This document shows, one piece after another, positions 27,063 to 31,306 of a DNA stretch of 31,306 bases (its first letter is position 1; each line of letters opens with the position of its first letter). Under the pieces are notes generated by a model. It was not told where the DNA came from. It made no database searches and was given only the letters and a program-made list of their open reading frames with translations. Location of the stretch: assembly GCA_019057865.1 (NCBI GenBank), contig JAHLWP010000041.1:1-31306 (forward strand), read 5' to 3'. A program made the translations under genes and the position numbers. Source of the stretch: Promethearchaeota archaeon (GTDB taxonomy: Archaea; Asgardarchaeota; Lokiarchaeia; Sigyniarchaeales; SOKP01).

Positions 27063-28568
27063 ATGAAAAATATAACAAAAAATAAGATATTATTAGTTAC
27101 CCTAAGTTTTCTTTTTTTATTTTCTCCGCCTATCTTCGCAAATTGTCAAGGAAATCTAAAAACCGACAATCAACCGAATTTAAGTCAAGGGATTGAATAT
27201 ACCGTGGCGAACGTATCTGACTATCTTTTGTCACCAGATGGAACTCAAGTAGCTTATATAAAGAGTTATGGAAGGGTGTACAATTGTGAACTCTGGGTCG
27301 CAGATAAAAGCCCTAGTGGCCTCATTAATCCCGTACTGATATCATCTGAAGCCGAATATAATGGTTTAGAGGACTGGCAGGGTGACTGGATTCTTTACAG
27401 GATACGACATGAGGCCGGTGGACCAACACCGGGAACATACTATGGTCGGACTGAACTTTTTAAAATAAAACCTGATGGAACGGATAAGACTCAGATTACT
27501 GATACTTTTACTAGAGGTAATGGGATCAGAACAACATATTGGAATCGTTGGTATGATAATAGAGGTACGGTAAATTGGGGGAGATTTATCCCAGGAACAA
27601 ATCTTGTATACTTCCGCGCTCATAATGGTAATGGCTGGTACAGAACATTTGTTGTTGTTGATGATGGCATCATCATTGGTGATCCAAGCACTTTTAATTG
27701 GTACCATATATCCTATCCCGACTATACATGGGTCCCCCGTTTGTCGCCAACTGGTAACAAGCTTTTATGGGGACGACAAACAAATCATTGGCGACCTACT
27801 ACTTTTAAAACATGCAATGTGGATGGTTCAGGTAGGACTACTATTAGAGCATTCTCACAAAAAATTGGAGTCACAGTATTAGCAGATGGGAATACGCTCG
27901 TCTGGCATGAAAATGATAACATATATGCAATGGATATGGATGGAACCAATGTAAGGACAGTTCTTGATGATGAATACATTAATATAATGAATATTTGGGG
28001 GAATTACAATCCTATTGATGTGCAGGGTTTTATAATGGGAAGTAACCGTGATCCAGATGGTAATATGCACATATTCAAGATGAACGTAGATGGCACTGGG
28101 ATTGAACAGCTAACAGAAGGTCCATATAACGATGAATATCCCACTTTATCCCCTGATGGATTATATCTCAGTTATTTAAGGCTACCGGAAGATTTTGTTA
28201 AGCAAGGCAGCCCTGTACCATATCCGTATGAACTGGTCATCAAAACTTTCATGATCTATGCAACAGTCGATTTTGACCCTGATACATTAAATCGAAAGAG
28301 CAAAGGAAAATGGGTTACAGTTTATATCGGGCTTCCAGACGGATACGATGTAAGTGATATTGAAATAGAAAGTGTACGTCTTGATGGATTATCCCGAGCT
28401 GATTCAAGCCCAACTGAAATTACAGATGGTATTCTAATGGTAAAATTCGATCGGGAAGAAGTTATTGATTTACTTGAACCAGGTGAGAATGTTTTAATAA
28501 CTATATCCGGGTTTTTGTCTAACGGTCTATATTTTGAAGGAACAGATACAATTCGTGTTATCCATTAA
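27063..28568 (+). CDS. Secreted TolB-like/PD40 beta-propeller protein with archaeal C-terminal beta-sandwich domain
   Basis: Signal peptide. LSPDGTQVAY, IKPDGTDKTQIT, MNVDGTGIEQLT, PTLSPDG repeats. C-terminal DFDPDTLNRKSKGKWVTVYI...LMVKFDR...FEGTDTIRVI. Confidence 0.85.
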   Translation: MKNITKNKILLVTLSFLFLFSPPIFANCQGNLKTDNQPNLSQGIEYTVANVSDYLLSPDGTQVAYIKSYGRVYNCELWVADKSPSGLINPVLISSEAEYNGLEDWQGDWILYRIRHEAGGPTPGTYYGRTELFKIKPDGTDKTQITDTFTRGNGIRTTYWNRWYDNRGTVNWGRFIPGTNLVYFRAHNGNGWYRTFVVVDDGIIIGDPSTFNWYHISYPDYTWVPRLSPTGNKLLWGRQTNHWRPTTFKTCNVDGSGRTTIRAFSQKIGVTVLADGNTLVWHENDNIYAMDMDGTNVRTVLDDEYINIMNIWGNYNPIDVQGFIMGSNRDPDGNMHIFKMNVDGTGIEQLTEGPYNDEYPTLSPDGLYLSYLRLPEDFVKQGSPVPYPYELVIKTFMIYATVDFDPDTLNRKSKGKWVTVYIGLPDGYDVSDIEIESVRLDGLSRADSSPTEITDGILMVKFDREEVIDLLEPGENVLITISGFLSNGLYFEGTDTIRVIH

Positions 28569-28926
28569 TATTTAAAATCTAATTTTCTTTTTTTTTATTT
28601 TAGACAATTTCTATACTATATAAATGAAATTTTTTTTATTCAAAAGATTTAGAAAATATACCCTTTTTATGATTATGTAAAATTAAGTAATGATTAAATC
28701 ATTTGCGGTTAAATAAATGAGCCTTTCATTGAAAATATTAAATAATGCATTTTTTAACAATTATCAAACTACTCTCAAATCTTATCGAAGTTGATTTTTA
28801 CTCAGCACTTCAAGTGTTTTGATTATTCAAAATTTAATAAAGTTGGGATCAATATATTGAATTTCAAATCTTTTGACTTATTTGTAGAGACAAATTAAAA
28901 TAAATAAGAATAAAAAAGTAGTTTAT

Positions 28927-30510
28927 TTATTGGTTAATTTTTCGACGTTTTTTAAGTATAAAAACTGTGACTATGCTAGCAATTGCTATACCACCAATAA
29001 TTGATGAAATAATAATTATGAGTTCAAATGGGAAGCCTTCATCTCCATTTTCAGGTTCTATTTTAATCCATTGTGCGTAAACATCGTAGTTCACGCCATT
29101 TCTCTTATCAAACCATGTGATAATTGCTCCCCCTTCTTCATCGCTGCATATTTGAGGTTGATGTTGTGCTAAAGATACCCTACAAATAGCTACACCATCA
29201 GCAACCCCTTGTATTTCTCCAGTTGAATCAAGTCGTTGAGCATATATATCGCCCCATATATCTCTAGAATCTTCCCAGGTAATAATAGCGCCCCCATTTC
29301 CATCATTACAAATTTGAGGAGCTTTTTGATCCTCATCTGCAGCACATACTACCACACCATCGATGATCCACTGCATATATCCATTTGAATTGATTTTTTG
29401 AGCATAAATGTCTGCATCTGTTCCTCTCAAATCTTTCCATGTAATAATTGCACTTCCTGTTCCAAGGTTACAAATTTGAGGCGCTTCTTGGTCATTGTCT
29501 GCTGTGCATATTGCAGTACCATTAGCAATCCATTGAGCATCCCCTGTTGAATTAATCCATTGAGCATAGATATCGAAATTTGTTCCACTTCTATAATCAG
29601 ACCATGTGATAATTGCACCACCAGCCCCATCACTACGGATTTGAGGTTGCCATTGAGTATTATTTGCTGTACATATTGCGGTACCATTGGCTATCCACTG
29701 CACATCCCCTGTTGAATTAATCCGTTGAGTGTAAATTCCTCTCGAATCCTCCCATGTTATAATGGCACCTCCAGCCCCATCACTGCAAATTTTAGGGAAA
29801 ATCTGATCACCGCCTTCTGTACATATTTCAGTACCATTAGCGTTCCATACCACATCTCCAGTAGAATTGATTTTTTGGGCGTAAATATCGTAGTTCGTCT
29901 CGGTTCTATAGTCAGTCCATGTGATAATTGCGCCTCCATCTTCGTCGCTACAAATTTGAGGAACCGCTTGAGTTTCATTTGCCGTACAAATTTCTGTACC
30001 GTTAGCGTTCCATATCAAATTTCCAGTTGAATTTATTTTTTGAGCGTAAATATCGTAGTTCAATCCGTTTCTTTTATCGTTCCATGTGATAATTGCGCCT
30101 CCATCTTCGTCACTACAAATTTGTGGAGATCCTTGAGTATTATTTTCTGTACAGATAGCTACACCATCATCAACCCACTGTACATCTCCAGTTGAATTAG
30201 CCTTTTGAGCATAGATATCACCTTTCAATCCACTTCTCTCATCTTCCCATGTAATGATCGCACCACCAGCGCCATCACTGCAGATCTGAGAATACCATTG
30301 GTTATAGTTTTCTGTACATATTGCTATACCATTAGGAAGCCATGTATCTGCTGTAGATAATTGCGATATTTCTATATTAATTGCTGTTGATTTTTGAATT
30401 CTTGAAGGATAATTTCTAATTAAAACAGCATAAGTAGGGAGATATACTGTTGAAATTATGATTAAAATCAAACTTATTAATTGACATTTCATTTTTTCAA
30501 TAATAATCAC
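28927..30510 (-). CDS. Membrane-anchored surface protein with 8 tandem ~55-aa repeats (probable 8-bladed beta-propeller)
   Basis: 8 x W..NG..IC....Q..PQICSDG.GGAIITW.D.R....DIYAQ.INSTG; N-terminal hydrophobic segment; C-terminal TM + KKRRK. Confidence 0.88.
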   Translation of the reverse strand: MIIIEKMKCQLISLILIIISTVYLPTYAVLIRNYPSRIQKSTAINIEISQLSTADTWLPNGIAICTENYNQWYSQICSDGAGGAIITWEDERSGLKGDIYAQKANSTGDVQWVDDGVAICTENNTQGSPQICSDEDGGAIITWNDKRNGLNYDIYAQKINSTGNLIWNANGTEICTANETQAVPQICSDEDGGAIITWTDYRTETNYDIYAQKINSTGDVVWNANGTEICTEGGDQIFPKICSDGAGGAIITWEDSRGIYTQRINSTGDVQWIANGTAICTANNTQWQPQIRSDGAGGAIITWSDYRSGTNFDIYAQWINSTGDAQWIANGTAICTADNDQEAPQICNLGTGSAIITWKDLRGTDADIYAQKINSNGYMQWIIDGVVVCAADEDQKAPQICNDGNGGAIITWEDSRDIWGDIYAQRLDSTGEIQGVADGVAICRVSLAQHQPQICSDEEGGAIITWFDKRNGVNYDVYAQWIKIEPENGDEGFPFELIIIISSIIGGIAIASIVTVFILKKRRKINQ

Positions 30511-30877
30511 CCATTTTATAAGACTTGAAAATGTTTCAATAATTTAACAATTACATTAATAGTACAGATAATTTGTTTTAAAAAAGTTTCTTTATATAAA
30601 GGATGCGTACCTTTTGCGATATGTTTTTTTAATTTTAAGATATAAAAGTAATTCGTAATATGACACAAAAAATTAATTCAAAAACAGATTAATGCAATGA
30701 ATAAAAAGCCAATAACCTAATTCCAAAAATTTTATTCGATTTTGATATTAGAATCATTAAATAACAATATGTAAGAATATATTTGATAATTCCATAAGCA
30801 ATAAACTATGATATAGTAATATAGAATCATAATAACCATCGCTTTCATCAGATTTTTCAGCGTAAACTAATGACATC

Positions 30878-30919
30878 TGAGCATGTAAATGCTCATCTTA
30901 GTTATGTAATAACTAAGAT
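30878..30919. other. Two abutting perfect inverted repeats (twin hairpins/palindromes)
   Basis: TGAGCAT-GTAA-ATGCTCA (30878-30895) and ATCTTAGTTAT-GTA-ATAACTAAGAT (30895-30919). Confidence 0.7.
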
Positions 30920-30967
30920 AGAATTATTAAAAAATGATTTAGTAAAAATGGAGATAAAATTCATCTT

Positions 30968-31081
30968 AATGGATTACCAGAAGGAATACCTGCTGAAGTC
31001 TTTACTAAAAAGGTTGCTAATGATGTGTTATTTTTAGCTGAAACCAATATTAAAATAGTAAAATCATATTTAAACTTATAA
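30968..31081 (+). pseudogene. C-terminal remnant of a HEPN-domain protein
   Basis: Manual translation NGLPEGIPAEVFTKKVANDVLFLAETNIKIVKSYLNL*, resembling the (RYP)NGLPGGIPxExFTxxDAxxALxxA end of HEPN proteins; RYP and everything upstream are absent. Confidence 0.5.
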
Positions 31082-31147
31082 AAAAATAGAAGAGTTCGTG
31101 AAACAATATTAAATGACTTTCTATGCTTCGACCAATAATCTAATATC

Positions 31148-31223
31148 AAAAGATTGATATTGTTTTCAAAAATCAAAATTCTTTTTTATTTTTAATTTAC
31201 AGAATAATATTCGTGAAACAGAC
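31148..31223 (+). repeat. Non-coding direct repeat, copy B
   Basis: AAAAGATTGATATTGTTTTCAAAAATCAAAATTCTTTTTTATTTTT...TTCGTGAAACAGAC; overlaps palindrome AATATCAA-AAGA-TTGATATT (31142-31161). Confidence 0.75.
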
Positions 31224-31291
31224 TGTGGATTTATTATTTCTTTTTTTTCTTATAGTATTCAAGTATTTATTTTTTTTTCTATTAATTTCCG

Positions 31292-31306
31292 TGGTCGGAA
31301 AGCCGA
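31292..31306 (-). tRNA. Possible 3' end of a tRNA running off the window
   Basis: Abrupt GC-rich 15 nt; reverse complement TCGGCTTTCCG-A-CCA fits T-stem/acceptor/discriminator/CCA. Too short to prove. Confidence 0.3.

Noticed and set aside
27366-30030. ORFs nested in the TolB-like and 8-repeat genes; repeats as DGR template/variable regions
   Set aside because: Nested ORFs are by-products of higher GC and repeats; no reverse transcriptase and no evident adenine-specific mismatch pattern
30961-31176. 71-aa minus-strand ORF
   Set aside because: Antisense to the HEPN-like remnant and overlaps the non-coding repeat

Overview
Very AT-rich archaeal chromosomal window, most consistent with an Asgard archaeon (Lokiarchaeia/Promethearchaeota). 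This is inferred from an archaeal-type PGK and tRNA, a longin/roadblock-type protein and a CxxC..CxH Zn-finger family typical of Loki genomes. In order: (1) two very large cell-surface/secreted proteins followed by an orphan paralogous C-terminal anchor cassette; (2) a rearrangement scar with a decayed B12-dependent acyl-CoA mutase operon (mutase fragment, B12-binding subunit, meaB) abutting a TPR fragment; (3) housekeeping-like genes (sirtuin, radical SAM, rubrerythrin, longin-roadblock fusion, GHMP sugar kinase, a non-nucleosomal-type histone); (4) a nickel locus with His-loop NikR and a degenerate alkaline-phosphatase-fold gene divergent from larC across a palindromic operator candidate, with larB 1.8 kb away; (5) methyltransferase, pgk, tRNA-Val(GAC), Zn-finger and GyrI-like genes; (6) a ~4.7 kb segment bracketed by a non-coding direct repeat, holding two beta-propeller surface proteins, gene remnants and twin hairpins, ending near a possible tRNA 3' end. 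No integrase, transposase, reverse transcriptase or CRISPR array is visible. All family calls are by eye from motifs; no searches were run.
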